64,000 bases of DNA from Neophaeotheca triangularis (taxonomy: Eukaryota): assembly GCA_054600435.1 (NCBI GenBank), contig BAAIJX010000055.1:62001-126000 (forward strand), read 5' to 3'. The position numbers were made by a program, and so were the translations under genes. The notes beneath the pieces were generated by a model. It did not search any database. It saw only the letters and a list, made by a program, of their open reading frames with translations, and was not told the DNA's origin. This document shows positions 1 to 12,119 of this stretch, piece after piece (position 1 is the first letter of the stretch; every line of letters begins with the position of its first letter).

Positions 1-201
1 TCGGCGGTAAGGCTGTAGTGCCCCTCGCCAGTTCGCAGCTTCTCCTCTTCTCTGGACTTGATCTCTTCACAGCCTACGGTCACGAAAACGCTACACTGCA
101 CTGCAACCTCTACCTTGCTGAGACCGACACTTCGCTGCTAGTTCTAGAACGAAGCCTTATCGAATCTGGAATCGCTCGAAAGCACGAGAAGACTAGTTCC
201 C

Positions 202-2316
202 ATGGCCGGACTGGAAGATCCGAGGATTCGAGGCGTCGAGGCCGTCGCCCCCTCCGCACGCATGGCCAAGCCGCCTACCGAAGGCTCAGAGATAGAGCAG
301 CGGCCGCTGTCGAGACTGTGCCAGGTGTGCGAGTCCATCTTCAGTCGCAGCGCGGAATGGTATCTCAACGATCTCGAGTCGCGGAAAGCGGAAAGAGAGA
401 ACGAAGAGCCCTGGCCTTGCGGTTGTGCGTTTGAAGTCCACTCAAGGCACGGTGATAAGGTGTCATGGTACCCGCATCACCGTTCAGGCACTGAAAGATC
501 AGAAGCGATTTCTGCTGGGTGCGAACTGTGCGCGCAAATACCGGACCGCTTTAGAGGGAATGGGCTATGCTATGCCTTCGAGCTGGTGGCGTCTGCGCCC
601 GAGCGTCAATGTAATCTCAAGTTCTCAAGCGCGAAAAGGTGGAGTGAATACGGACAAGGTCCGTCTATGGTAGTCAGGCCTTCTAGCAAGATTTGGGATG
701 TAACCGCCGCGGCACGCACTTCAATTTCCACTGGAAGCTTCGAAACATTGACCCTTGCGAAGACCTGGCTCGACGAATGCACGCGTAGCCATCCGGAATG
801 CGCTCCCGTAGAGCACGATTATTATCCGACGAGGCTGCTAGAGCTTGCCTCATCGCAACTTAGGCTGCTAGAATGCAACTCAGAGCCGCCGGCAGGACCG
901 TATGCAACCGTCAGTCACTGCTGGGGGGGTGAAACCTTCATAACTCTCACGCGGCAGAACTACGATCGCTTCCGTTTAGGCATCGACATGTCGGAATTCC
1001 CCAACACGTTTCGAGATATCTTCACCGTGGCGCAGTTTCTGTCGATACAGTACATCTGGATCGACTGCTTTTGCATAATACAGGGAGACCAAGGTGACTG
1101 GGAGCACGAAGCTCCACGAATGCAGCATGTATATTCGCACGCCAAACTCAACATTGGGGCAAGTGGAGCTCGTAAACCCTCGGATGGATGCTTTTACAAG
1201 CGCGATCCCCCAGTCAAAGTGCAAGTGGCCAATGAAGATCAAGAACTGCATAATTTCCTGAGCAATCTTTTCCAGGACGAGCGCCCTGATAGGAGTGGGG
1301 AGAATCTACCACTTTTCGTGAACTGGGCATTACAGGATGGACCGCTCGAACGAGTCGTACTTAATGAACATGGTCCTCAACTAGCCTCGCACCTCCGTTC
1401 ATCACCAATCTTCCATCGAGCCTGGATCGTCCAAGAGCGCCTCCTTGCGTCTCGCATGCTTCATCTTGCCAGCAACAAAATAGGCCTCACCTGGGAGTGT
1501 CAGGGCTGTACCAGTCATGTAGTGAACGAGTTCGCCCCTGTGAACGAAAGCCCTGGAATCCGAAACAAGGGTCGCAGCATGGTCAATGCATTTGACCGCC
1601 CTGGATGTCTTCACGAGTCTACTTCCGGAACAGAAGATGATAGGATAGCGTTGTGGCGCATGGTCATCTTTACATACACCAGAGCCAAACTTACGTATCT
1701 TTCGGATAAGTCTGTGGCGATTCAGAGCGTGGCGGAACGTATTGCGCGTCTAAGGAGTACACGCTACGTCTTGGGCTTTTTCATCAGGGATCTGCCGAAG
1801 GGTCTGTGCTGGCACAGCGACCATCATTTTGACACCTGGAAAGCTCGGTCTAAAGTACCATCATGGAGCTGGTTGTCTGTAGATGGGGTTCTTGAGTTAG
1901 GCTATAACTACAGCCCGTGTCCCGGAGAACTGCTTGCTGCGCTAATATGGCCAGGTGAGGCCAATGACATGTTCGTTGTCTGCAGACCGTTCGTGTTAAG
2001 TCGCACTTGTGTGAGAGAAGCGGCGCACAAACACGGAGTTTGGCACAGCCAGAATTTCACAATCAGGCTTTACTCCGATGATGTGGACTTCAAGGCCGGT
2101 CAGACTTGCTTCATTTGTTTGCCAATCGCAGAGGAAGGCATCGCTGCCCCTTATGTCTCCACTGTCAAAGGGATAATAGTAGCTCCACAGCCGGACGGCG
2201 CATACACACGCATTGGCGCTTTTCAGAAAGATCTATCGCGGCGCCGTGAACGGGACCGATTGGAATTCTACGAAAAACACCAAAAGACAAGACCCAGGAT
2301 TTACCATATCATTTGA
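202..2316 (+). CDS. HET-domain (heterokaryon incompatibility, TOL-like) protein, 704 aa, apparently intronless
   Basis: Typical HET motifs: PTRLLEL..., YATVSHCWGG, FPNTFRD, YIWIDCFCIIQGD, DWEHEAPRMQHVYSHAKLNIGAS, RAWIVQERLLASRMLH, VPSWSWLSVDG. Confidence 0.92.
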   Translation: MAGLEDPRIRGVEAVAPSARMAKPPTEGSEIEQRPLSRLCQVCESIFSRSAEWYLNDLESRKAERENEEPWPCGCAFEVHSRHGDKVSWYPHHRSGTERSEAISAGCELCAQIPDRFRGNGLCYAFELVASAPERQCNLKFSSAKRWSEYGQGPSMVVRPSSKIWDVTAAARTSISTGSFETLTLAKTWLDECTRSHPECAPVEHDYYPTRLLELASSQLRLLECNSEPPAGPYATVSHCWGGETFITLTRQNYDRFRLGIDMSEFPNTFRDIFTVAQFLSIQYIWIDCFCIIQGDQGDWEHEAPRMQHVYSHAKLNIGASGARKPSDGCFYKRDPPVKVQVANEDQELHNFLSNLFQDERPDRSGENLPLFVNWALQDGPLERVVLNEHGPQLASHLRSSPIFHRAWIVQERLLASRMLHLASNKIGLTWECQGCTSHVVNEFAPVNESPGIRNKGRSMVNAFDRPGCLHESTSGTEDDRIALWRMVIFTYTRAKLTYLSDKSVAIQSVAERIARLRSTRYVLGFFIRDLPKGLCWHSDHHFDTWKARSKVPSWSWLSVDGVLELGYNYSPCPGELLAALIWPGEANDMFVVCRPFVLSRTCVREAAHKHGVWHSQNFTIRLYSDDVDFKAGQTCFICLPIAEEGIAAPYVSTVKGIIVAPQPDGAYTRIGAFQKDLSRRRERDRLEFYEKHQKTRPRIYHII

Positions 2317-5292
2317 ATACCGGCAACAATGCAGCAACCTCGGCGGCGACGATGGACTTCCTGGAACGCCCGACAGTGACAGTGCGAACTTCGAAGGCCT
2401 AAGGCCGTCCCGGGCGAATGATTTTTTCAAATGATCTAGACAATGGCGAATATCTACCAGATCAAGGAGCCGCGAGAGTTTGAGAGCAAGAATCAGATGT
2501 TCCTCACTGTGAATGTTCTCGTGCACTCTTGACCGAGGGCGTGCGAGGGACTTTTCGACGAATGCCTTCGGCCGGCTCCCATCTCTGGGCCTCTGGTGCC
2601 AACGGTCTTAACCGTCCACTAGTAATTCGGCAGTACCGCGACTACGACACGGCCCTGTTTAGTTCATTTAAGCCAGGGTCGGCGGCCGAGTGTGATGCTT
2701 GAGCTTCGACGAGGCGATGCTTGGACCGCTCCTCGACGCATCACGCCAACAGTGCAAGGACAACCAATAGGGCTCGAAGCGTAGAGGCGCTTTGTAGATT
2801 TTACTGGCCAGGAGCTGTATCTGCCAACTAGGTTCACAAGCTCGTTCACCACAGATCGACTGCCGTGTTGTGCTGGGTTCCTGGTGCTACGACATATCTA
2901 CATTCCTCGACCCGATGTTCCAAGTCCCATCTAGTTCTATCTTTCCCGTTTGCATCTGACTTACGAAAGTAATTCATGCACACCCTCGCCATCTGGTTTC
3001 TGACAACCCGGACACCGATTCATGAACTGACTAGACTGTTTGAGCCTCCATCAATACGTTGTTTGACAATCTCCGCAAGAGCCACCAGGAAACAGCGGAC
3101 GGTCGTTCAAAGTCTCCGTTCGCTATATCGTCGCAGCATGGCCCGACTCCGCAATCAACTCTTCATCCAGCTCACACAGAGTCTCAATTTGGTCCGTAGT
3201 AAATGCAATAAGGACCAGCAGCAGTTTTGACTCGCCCTGGCCGCTGTAGGTCTTCATGAGACCGGAAGTCCGAGGCCCCACCCACAGCTGAGGCCATACC
3301 TTAGACTGCCTGCACAGCCGACGAGGGCTTCGCAAGCCCATGTATGAATTGCCGCCGCGACTTCGGACACCACAGCCCGAAAGAAATTTCGGATGCGTAT
3401 GCCAACGGTCAATAACGCTCCACTGAACCCCTGACCCCAACGCCTCGCTCTCTGAACCAGCAAGCTCGAGCGCCCCCCGGCACCAAACAAGCCCATTCAT
3501 CGAGAATCCCCCTCGTCCCACACGAAAACCGCGGATCCTGCGAAAAAGCACCCGCCCTCCCACTCTCCCCAAACCCATACGCAAGAAGCCACTCATACCC
3601 TTTCCCCCGCCAACGCTCTCGCATACCGAAACCCAAGACCCGATAGATGCGGCGAAACCCGATCCAGGGCCTTGCACACCGCGCTGGCTCGCCGCTCCGA
3701 CCATGGACGGATTTGTGAAGCCGGCCCCGGTAGTCGCGTCCTGGGCTTGGATCTCACGGGCCCGGTAACGGGTTATCGGGTTTAGGCGAAGAAGGGTTGG
3801 AAGCGCCCGAGGGGGATTGATGTCTGGGTCTGACTTTTGGGATGGGGGACAATAGGGTTTTGGATCAAGATGGAGGGGAGGGGTGTGCGAAGAGTCTCTG
3901 GAGGGAATGGGGGGACTTTTTGGATTGAGTGGCCCGGCCGCACATGTTTGTGGAGAAGACGATTGCCGTGGGGCTGCTTTTTTTCTTCTTTTCTTCTTCT
4001 TTGTTGGTTACGGCTGTTTCGTTAGGATGTCTGGGCTGGTGGCGAGAGCTGGTGTGAGAGAGCGAACGCGAACGCTTACGTTTTTGCGTGCGACAAAGGG
4101 ACGATGGAGGAGAGATGGAGGTGCTGATGGCACGGCTTGCTTTAGAAGTCCATGTCGTCGATCGAATTGAAAGTGCTTAGGTAGGTAGGTAGGCAGGCCG
4201 GTGGTATAGACGAACACTAGAGAAGTAAGGTAGTTACGGACAAGCGTGAGCTAGTAGACAGTTAGCATCTCACTCTAAACATCGTTGGTATTACAAGGGG
4301 TGAGCGCTACTCGTGACAGTCCATAGTGGCTTTGCAAGTGTAATTAATGTGTAGAGCATTAAATGCTCAGATCGCCCATGCCGACCAATATGGGGAAGCA
4401 TAGATCTTCTCTCCCAGCGCTTTAGCGAGAGCTCACTCTCTCGCGCGCCTGAAGTGATAAGACAAGACGTCTAGGTACACGAGCGAGCGAGCAGATCGTC
4501 CAGAAGTATGAACGGCCCTTGGAAGCGACGTTTCTCGAGCGCGGAGACCTCGCAACCTAAGCCCATATCCCTCCACGTCGAACAGACTTTCACGAGCAGC
4601 GAGTGACGAGAAGCACGTTGGTACACGCTGTAGCTGTGTAGCTGTAATCTCCACCTCTGCCTTGATATCTCTAGAAAGTAAGCTTACAGCAAAGAAAAAG
4701 CCCAGCGATCCCCGCAACACAAAGCGCGAAAGGAGGCGGCGCAACCGCATGTTGCCCGCAAACCACCCGCGTTCGCCGTTGCCATTGCCATGGCCCATAA
4801 AACGCCGCGCTAAAACTTCGTAGAACACATGTCGCCCGGACTTCGTAGATGCTTTGCTTGATTGAAATCGCATTGTGGCGACCATCGCCTCCTCGTTCCT
4901 TCTTCGCTTCCATCTTCTTCCATGGGTCGTGGCAGACCGTGGTGGGCACGTCGAGACCTCGGTCAAGGCGACCCGCCAATCTCGAAACGGACTTTCTTCT
5001 TCCCTCTGTCTCTATCCCTCTCACCGCCAGCTGCAGCGGCGGCAAAAAGCCTGGAAGAAGAGGAAGAAGAAGCCAAACTCGCGCTACTGCCGCCACGAGG
5101 CGTGGAACCCGGCATCATCAAAGACGTATCAGTCTCGACGACAGCCTCCTCTTCCAGGGCCTTCCCTTTCTCCTCACCATCAACCACAACCCCCGCACTC
5201 CGCAAATCCTGCAACACCGAATTCACACTTCCCCTCTTCCCCTTGGCCCCAGCCTCATCAGTCTCAACACACCCACAACCATGAAAACAATC

Positions 5293-8037
5293 CTACTGCA
5301 TATCATCCTGCGCGCGCTTGAGCTGAAAATCGGGAACTTCGTGAAACCACTCGCTCCTCTTATCCCACTTGTAAGCCCTGAAATCCACACCATAAGGTTT
5401 CGGCTCGAGACAATACAACATCCCCAACGGAACGTCGAGGTCGGCGACATCCTCGCGGGGCAAGCCGCGGAAGTAGGCGAGCAGCACGCGAGCGACGCTG
5501 CGGTGGCCGACGAGGAGGACGTGGTCGGTCATGCGCTCGAGCTCGACGATGACGGGCCGCAGGCGGTTAATGATGTCGAGGTAGCCCTCGCCGCCGGGGC
5601 CGGGGTAGCGGTAGTGGAGTTTGTCGGCTTTGCGGTGTGCGAACTCGGTTGGGTATTGGGTGGAGATGCAGTTGTAGGTTAGGCCTTCCATGATGCCGGC
5701 GTTGAGTTCGTCGAGCATGCGCATTTGCTTCGTGTCGTATTCTTCGTCGTTGAAGTATGCAGCGGTCTGGATGCTGCGTTTGAGCATGCTGGTCCAGACG
5801 CAAAAGGCTTTGGGCTCGATTTCGGGTTGCGAGGTTGGTGTGTGTGCGCCCGAGGTTGAGGGGGAAGGTGCGCTGGAGGCCCAAGGGTCGCGCGGGGGCT
5901 GGGAGCGCGTGGCGCGAGGGGAAGAGGGCGCGAAGTAGGGGTTTGGCGGTGTGGCGTCGCCGGCTTGGGGTGGGAAGTGTGAGTTTGCGAGCTTGTCCAT
6001 TTGGTGGTCGTCCCATTCGCGGCGTTTTTGCTCCATGAAACGCGCGAGGGAGACTGCGTAGCGGTGGCCTTCTGGGGCGAGGTCGCTGTCGCCGCCGATT
6101 TTGCCGCTGACGTTGTCCTGGGAAAGTCCGTGCCTGGTTATCCAGATTTGGCGCGGCGCGAGATTGAAGTTGAGGAGGTAGTAGTTTGCTTGCGCTGAGA
6201 GAAAACCGCGGATTTGGTGGCTGATGATTTTTCGGCCCACATCGATCATTTGAATAAAGGGCATGTTATTCTTCTCCTCGTACTCACCTAGGGGTACGTA
6301 AGCGCCTTCGTAGGCGTCGATGCGCTTTTTGAAGTCAGCGAGCGCTTCGTCTGGGTCCTTGTCGCGGTAGTCTGGACCGTTCAGTTTCAGCTTCATGTTG
6401 GCTTCGAGAAGGTCTTGGTCGAGGCAGAGCGATTCGAGGAAGAGGACATTGAGTTCGGGCCCGGCGCGGGAACGGATGTGTTTCATGATCATCTTTCTCC
6501 TCTCCAGCGTGCTGTTGGTGGCATCCAGAATACCGACACTGCCATTTTGGTTGATGATATATTCGAGCAGTTCGTCGAGCGTCTCCAGTGCTACTTGCTC
6601 ACGGATGAGAGCCGCGCGCTTGTTGTTTGGGTCGAAGAAAGAGGCGTTTTGGTCCATGGCGTCCGGGTCTTCCCTGCCTTCTTCATCGACTGGGGTAGAG
6701 GCTTTAGTAAGCTCGGGGAACTGTTCCTCTAGCTTCTTGAGATCGGGATCGGTAGTATCTTCAGGCCCCTCGCTCGAAGAATTGTGTGTGCTCGATCTGC
6801 GCAGCGCCTCGCCCTGACCATCGTTCGTAGACTGCGCCGTCGGTGGTGTCCCCGGAGCCTCGGTCTTCTCTCCATTCAGCATTATCGAAGCCACAGCATG
6901 CGCCGGGTCTTGCTTCTGCTGCTGTTGCGCATCTGGCTGCGCCATATCCTGATGCGCTACTGCAGCCATGCTAGGTTTATGTCCGTCTTGTTCAGCCTGC
7001 TGACTTTGCTGGCTCTTCGTCTTCTCCAACGCGTTTGGACCACCAGCTACTATACGTCGCCTCTCGCCCACATTGAAGATCCTCGTATCGTGCTGCAGCC
7101 AGTTCAAATACCTCGCCAACTTCTTCGTAATGTAACTCTTCCCTCTTGCTGGCAATCCAACCATGACAATCACCAACTTCGCACCAACATCTCTTTGCGC
7201 TATCCGCCCATCGGGGCTCACTTTGCTCTTGGTCAAACCTGGGACATCGAGGGTCGTTGCTCTTACGCGCGGGGTGTTGGTTCCAGAGTTTTGTCGTACA
7301 GGCGGGCTGAGGTGGAGGTTAGCTGGTGTCTGATAGCCCGTCGAGGACGATGACGACGCTGATAGCCGCGGTGAGTGTTGTTGGGTGTTGCCATACATTC
7401 TGGGACTGCTGGGAGCTGTCGTGGTAGGAGTATCGTTCATTGCCCTGCTTGCGGAGCTCAAGTCTGGTTGCGGTATTTGCCCATTGAGAGCGCCCGCCAT
7501 GGCACTACCTCTGGGTTGCGAAGTAGTTGCGCGCTGTGGCAGTGGGCGACCCTCTGGGTGATCCAGGGTAGACATGTCGGTGGCGTTATTTGATGGGCCA
7601 TTCGACTGCAGTGTGCTGTCTAGCTGGAAGCGCAACTGGTCGACGTCGCGGTCACGGTCGTTGGGAGTTGGTGTCGAAGAGACGTCGTCGGTGTTGTTGC
7701 TGCTGTTGCTGTTGTTATTCAAGCTCCCACTGCGCCGCCTGAGCTCTTCGATGCTGCCGCTGGAAGCCATGGCTTGTTTCGCCAGCTTGCTCTGCTGACT
7801 TTGGCGACGTCGAAAGTTGCCTATGGGAGTTTTGTCGGTAGTAACGCAGGGACAGATGCCTGCGTGATGAATGTTTGATGAGGATTGATATGACGAGGGG
7901 AGCGAGGTGGAGGTAGTACTAGCGGTGTGATGATGAGAGTCGAAGTAGGACGAGGGGTCGTTGTTGGTGCCGTCGACAGAGCCAAGGTAGTCCTCTTCGA
8001 TGATTGGGGAATCGTAGGAGAGAGTTCGGTGTGGCAT
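5293..8037 (-). CDS. PFK26: 6-phosphofructo-2-kinase/fructose-2,6-bisphosphatase family protein; probable in-frame 90-nt intron at 7396-7307
   Basis: Kinase P-loop MVGLPARGKSYI, IFNVGERRR, ILDATNST; phosphatase-fold RHG motif (WITRHGLS). First ATG at 8037 (MPHRTLSY). Confidence 0.92.
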   Translation of the reverse strand: MPHRTLSYDSPIIEEDYLGSVDGTNNDPSSYFDSHHHTASTTSTSLPSSYQSSSNIHHAGICPCVTTDKTPIGNFRRRQSQQSKLAKQAMASSGSIEELRRRSGSLNNNSNSSNNTDDVSSTPTPNDRDRDVDQLRFQLDSTLQSNGPSNNATDMSTLDHPEGRPLPQRATTSQPRGSAMAGALNGQIPQPDLSSASRAMNDTPTTTAPSSPRMYGNTQQHSPRLSASSSSSTGYQTPANLHLSPPVRQNSGTNTPRVRATTLDVPGLTKSKVSPDGRIAQRDVGAKLVIVMVGLPARGKSYITKKLARYLNWLQHDTRIFNVGERRRIVAGGPNALEKTKSQQSQQAEQDGHKPSMAAVAHQDMAQPDAQQQQKQDPAHAVASIMLNGEKTEAPGTPPTAQSTNDGQGEALRRSSTHNSSSEGPEDTTDPDLKKLEEQFPELTKASTPVDEEGREDPDAMDQNASFFDPNNKRAALIREQVALETLDELLEYIINQNGSVGILDATNSTLERRKMIMKHIRSRAGPELNVLFLESLCLDQDLLEANMKLKLNGPDYRDKDPDEALADFKKRIDAYEGAYVPLGEYEEKNNMPFIQMIDVGRKIISHQIRGFLSAQANYYLLNFNLAPRQIWITRHGLSQDNVSGKIGGDSDLAPEGHRYAVSLARFMEQKRREWDDHQMDKLANSHFPPQAGDATPPNPYFAPSSPRATRSQPPRDPWASSAPSPSTSGAHTPTSQPEIEPKAFCVWTSMLKRSIQTAAYFNDEEYDTKQMRMLDELNAGIMEGLTYNCISTQYPTEFAHRKADKLHYRYPGPGGEGYLDIINRLRPVIVELERMTDHVLLVGHRSVARVLLAYFRGLPREDVADLDVPLGMLYCLEPKPYGVDFRAYKWDKRSEWFHEVPDFQLKRAQDDMQ

Positions 8038-11000
8038 ATCCCGCGCTATTACACTTGACAACAGCCGACGCGAGGGGAGGTGGAGGCAGTCGCGTAGATG
8101 ATGCTACAACGACGACGACAACGACGACGATAGCAAAATAAGGATACAGTACCGGTACGTCTGACGGTGTCGGGCGGCAGTGGGTGAGTGGACGACGGGG
8201 AAAGGAGATTCCTCTTTCAAGGTTTGTTTGGACGAGCGAGCAGCAGCCGCAGCTGTCCAGTGTCCAGCTCCCACTGGATGACTGCGCCACTAGTTAGTTA
8301 CTGACGATGGATCAGCTTTGGTTGAACAGCTAGCACTACTAGCAGGCTCACAGGTGACAGGCTCCGCAGCGCGAATTTTCCTTTTCCCTCTTTTTTGTCG
8401 TGGATATGATGATGTAGCCCTCGCAGAGGTCGTAGCTCCAGCTGCAGTGAATTTTTGGGTCCTGCGGCAGGCGACGCGACTCAAGTTTCAACCGACTTCC
8501 GTTATCGGGCGGGCTGGCTGATGATGCGTCGGTCGTTGTTCGGCGGAACGAGCAGGTGGAAAAGGGTTCGGGTAGTAGTTGTAGTAGTAGTACTAGTAGT
8601 AGTAGAGGTAGAAGAGAAGTCAGTCATCAACCTGCCTGCCCAGCACGAGACAGATATGATGATGACTACTGTATTATAATTGGTGAGGCTGCTGGGTGTT
8701 TGTCGCAAACCGATGAGTCGAACTCGTGCGCCCGATTCAGCAGGCTTCGGTAACGCGTTCCGCCTCAGGCTTCCCGTCCAGTTAGTGTTAAGGTTACATT
8801 ACCTTACCAGTCGAGAGTCGCGCGTGGCGTTTGCCGACAGTAGCGCACAGGTGCCTTACCTTGTCGCAGTTTCAGGCCAAGGTACATGTAGTCATGTACC
8901 TTGAGGTTGGTATCAACGGTACATAGTATGAGATCAGGTTGCAATATTATATCATGCTCAATTCACCCTAGAATGGTTGCCTCTAGACATGTGTAGGTAC
9001 TGTATGGATTGTGGCTCTAGGCTCCACGCGCCGTCGTCCCGTATCACGATTACATAGTAGGAGTCGCTACTACTACTAGGTACATTCCACTATAGGTAGC
9101 TACACAACAACAATTTCCGTCTTGCTTGACTCGGTCTACCTAGGTACGTTCAAACAAAACGTGAGGTGAGCTAAAAAGTAGCCAATCCGCATCTGCCTCG
9201 CACCCACGACCACTTCTAACCCCGCCAAGCCCTCTAGCCCGGACTTAAGCCCTGCGGCTTTCAGCCTCACATCTAGACCTCACCCCTTTCTTCGCCGACA
9301 ACAAAACACTGGAAGTCGGGACATCGCACGAGGCATGTAAGTCAACACAGCACACACCGGAAACAGGTAAAAACACAGCCTTGTACTCCAAAAGACAAAC
9401 ATAGTATTGGTATTAGCATCCTCCTCCCGGTGTCGGCTCATCCGGTACACCGTCGGCCTGACGTGGCTTGTCACGAGCGCTGCAAACATTTAGGTAGACG
9501 ATGATCATGTCTACATTGCCTGGTCCGCCGCGAAAGCCGTAACACGGCCGCTCTCCGGGCCGTTCGCTAGGCACGTCCATCGATATCTTCGTTGACGGGA
9601 CTTGCTCCGCACCGCTTCCCCGGACGGAACGCGGGAAAGGGACATCTGTCGAGCATCCGGCGATTCGCTGAGGCCTCCACTGGCCGTAATCCAAATAGTA
9701 ATAATTTTTAGAAGGATCCGGGATGTTTTCTACCCGGCCGCAGGCTTCGGATACGCTCCAATGGTGTTTGAAGAGGTCTCTTGACCGTGAGGCTGAGGCG
9801 GACTTGTTCGCGCGGAGTCTATTGGCGAGGTTAGCCGCTGATCTCACTCCGTCTCTCTAGACGGTTTCTGTACGATATTGAATGCTGGAACAAGGTACCA
9901 CGGGTGCGCATCCTGTGTCTCGGGCTTCCAGGCGACATGGGTTCTATTGCAGCGCGTTCATGTCACAGCTCTCCGCAAGACGAAGTCATAGGCTAAGCCG
10001 ACGGTACGGTATGTACTGACCTTTTCGTCGGCACGACTCAGCGCGAACCTTTTCCCTCGCTGCCCGGTTTTCGAATGTCGTAGTCCTGTTACAGCCTAGT
10101 GGGATCGAGTCTTTATTGAAAGGATGAAGTCGATAGGTACATCACGCCCTCACCGCTGAGGGCGACGTAGCTGCTAGTAGTAAAAACAACAGGTGTGGTC
10201 ACGATGAAGATAGAAGCGGATACCACAACCGTTCCCACGAACAAGACATTTCCGAACCAGCAGCTTCTTTTAGTCGGCATCCATCAAGCTACTCCACTAG
10301 CTTAACGACAGCCTAGACCTATTGTCTCATCTCTATCACAAGGAGCACCTTTACCACTAACTTCACTATCCGCCACGTCTGATCCGCAGCGCTCTCCCGT
10401 CACTACGCCAACACCCTAGCCCCTTCCGAACTAACTTCTCTAACAACAACGAAGACCATATCTCGCCATTCGTTTAACTCTACTGACGACCCACCTACTA
10501 CCTCCTACAACGGACGAGCTCTCTGCTCAAATTTACATGTAACGTTCGCGAGGATTGTTGTGCTGGGTACAGGAGGAGATTGCCTGTAGTTAGAGAGATT
10601 AGGCTTTAGATTTGTTAATGTTAGAAGCGGTAGTGACTGGTGCGTGGGTAAGTTGCTCGAGTGCATTGAAGACGAGGGGTTCGTAGCATGTGATTAGTGC
10701 TTTGGAGTGTTTCGTATGCTCTTGAGTTGCTTTTAGCAAGCAGAGACCAAACACCGTCTTACGGCGTAGCCACTTGATATGTAAGCTGTACACCGATATT
10801 CTTGCCAAATTAGGTTTGTAGAGCACAATGTCACATGATGGAATGCTCAGCTGCCATGAGGCGGTAATGGCCATAACGAATCGATTGTCCGTGGCCAAGT
10901 GCTCCGTGGGAATTGGTAAAGTCGAAGTTCGGTCTCGGAAGTGCCGAAACGCGAAAGTGATGCGCTTCACGTCACCTCAACTCTGAACTTCAGCTTCTCT

Positions 11001-11060
11001 CAAACAATTTCCATTCCGACCACGAACGCCCCTCGATCTCCCACCTCCACCAAAAGCACC

Positions 11061-12119
11061 ATGGCAAAAGCAGAATCCTCCAAAGATGCCGCCAGCAATG
11101 GCATCAAAACCAACCCCTCCGGCGCGGCCACCAACTACGAACTCCCCTGGGTAGAAAAGTACCGCCCGCACCTCCTCAACGACATCGTCGGCAATGTCGA
11201 AACCATCAGCCGCCTCCAAATCATCGCCAAAGACGGCAACATGCCCCACGTCATCATCTCCGGTATGCCCGGCATCGGCAAAACCACATCCATCCTCTGC
11301 CTCGCCCGGCAACTCCTCGGCGACAGCTACAAAGAAGCAGTCCTCGAGCTCAACGCCTCGGACGAGCGCGGCATCGACGTCGTCCGCAACCGCATCAAAG
11401 GCTTTGCACAAAAGAAAGTTACGCTACCACCGGGCAGACAAAAAATCGTCATCCTCGACGAAGCCGACAGCATGACGAGCGGCGCGCAGCAGGCCCTCCG
11501 CCGCACCATGGAAATCTACAGCAGCACCACACGCTTCGCTTTCGCTTGCAACCAGAGCAACAAGATCATCGAGCCCCTGCAGAGCCGCTGTGCTATTCTG
11601 CGCTACTCGCGGCTCACGGACGCGCAGCTGGTCAAGCGGCTGTACCAGATCTGCGAGGCGGAGAAAGTCGAGTATAGCGACGACGGCATCGCGGCTTTGG
11701 TTTTCTCGGCTGAGGGGGATATGCGGCAGGCCATCAACAATTTGCAGAGCACGAGCGCGGGCTTCGGGTTCGTGTCGGGGGATAATGTGTTTCGCGTCGT
11801 CGACTCGCCGCATCCGGTCAAAGTGCAGGCTATGCTGAAAGCTTGCCAGGATCAACGGGTGGACGAGGCGTTGGATAGTCTGAAGGAGTTGTGGACGTTG
11901 GGCTACTCGACGCACGATATCATTAGTACCATGTTTAGGGTTACCAAGACGATGCCTTCGCTTTCCGAGCACGAGAAGCTGGCGTTTATCAAGGAGATTG
12001 GGTTCACGCATATGCGGATTCTGGAGGGTTTGCAGACGTACTTGCAGCTGGCGGGGTGTGTGGCGAAGCTTTGTCGGTTGGGTATGAAGCCGCAGCTATT
12101 TGCTTTGCCGAGTAGCTGA
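11061..12119 (+). CDS. RFC4: Replication factor C small subunit (yeast Rfc4 / human RFC2 type)
   Basis: PWVEKYRP, Walker [35 protein letters not shown] motif (LQSRC); ATG at 11061 in ACCATGG context. Confidence 0.97.
   Translation: MAKAESSKDAASNGIKTNPSGAATNYELPWVEKYRPHLLNDIVGNVETISRLQIIAKDGNMPHVIISGMPGIGKTTSILCLARQLLGDSYKEAVLELNASDERGIDVVRNRIKGFAQKKVTLPPGRQKIVILDEADSMTSGAQQALRRTMEIYSSTTRFAFACNQSNKIIEPLQSRCAILRYSRLTDAQLVKRLYQICEAEKVEYSDDGIAALVFSAEGDMRQAINNLQSTSAGFGFVSGDNVFRVVDSPHPVKVQAMLKACQDQRVDEALDSLKELWTLGYSTHDIISTMFRVTKTMPSLSEHEKLAFIKEIGFTHMRILEGLQTYLQLAGCVAKLCRLGMKPQLFALPSS

Noticed and set aside
3123..3790. 193-aa minus-strand ORF and plus-strand fragments with an intron-like GT..TTGAC..TAG
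   Set aside because: Low complexity, no recognisable motif, and stops remain in every spliced frame I tried; at most a decayed remnant
4433..5290. Overlapping ORFs near the PFK26 3' end
   Set aside because: Antisense or 3' UTR sequence with simple repeats; no protein motif
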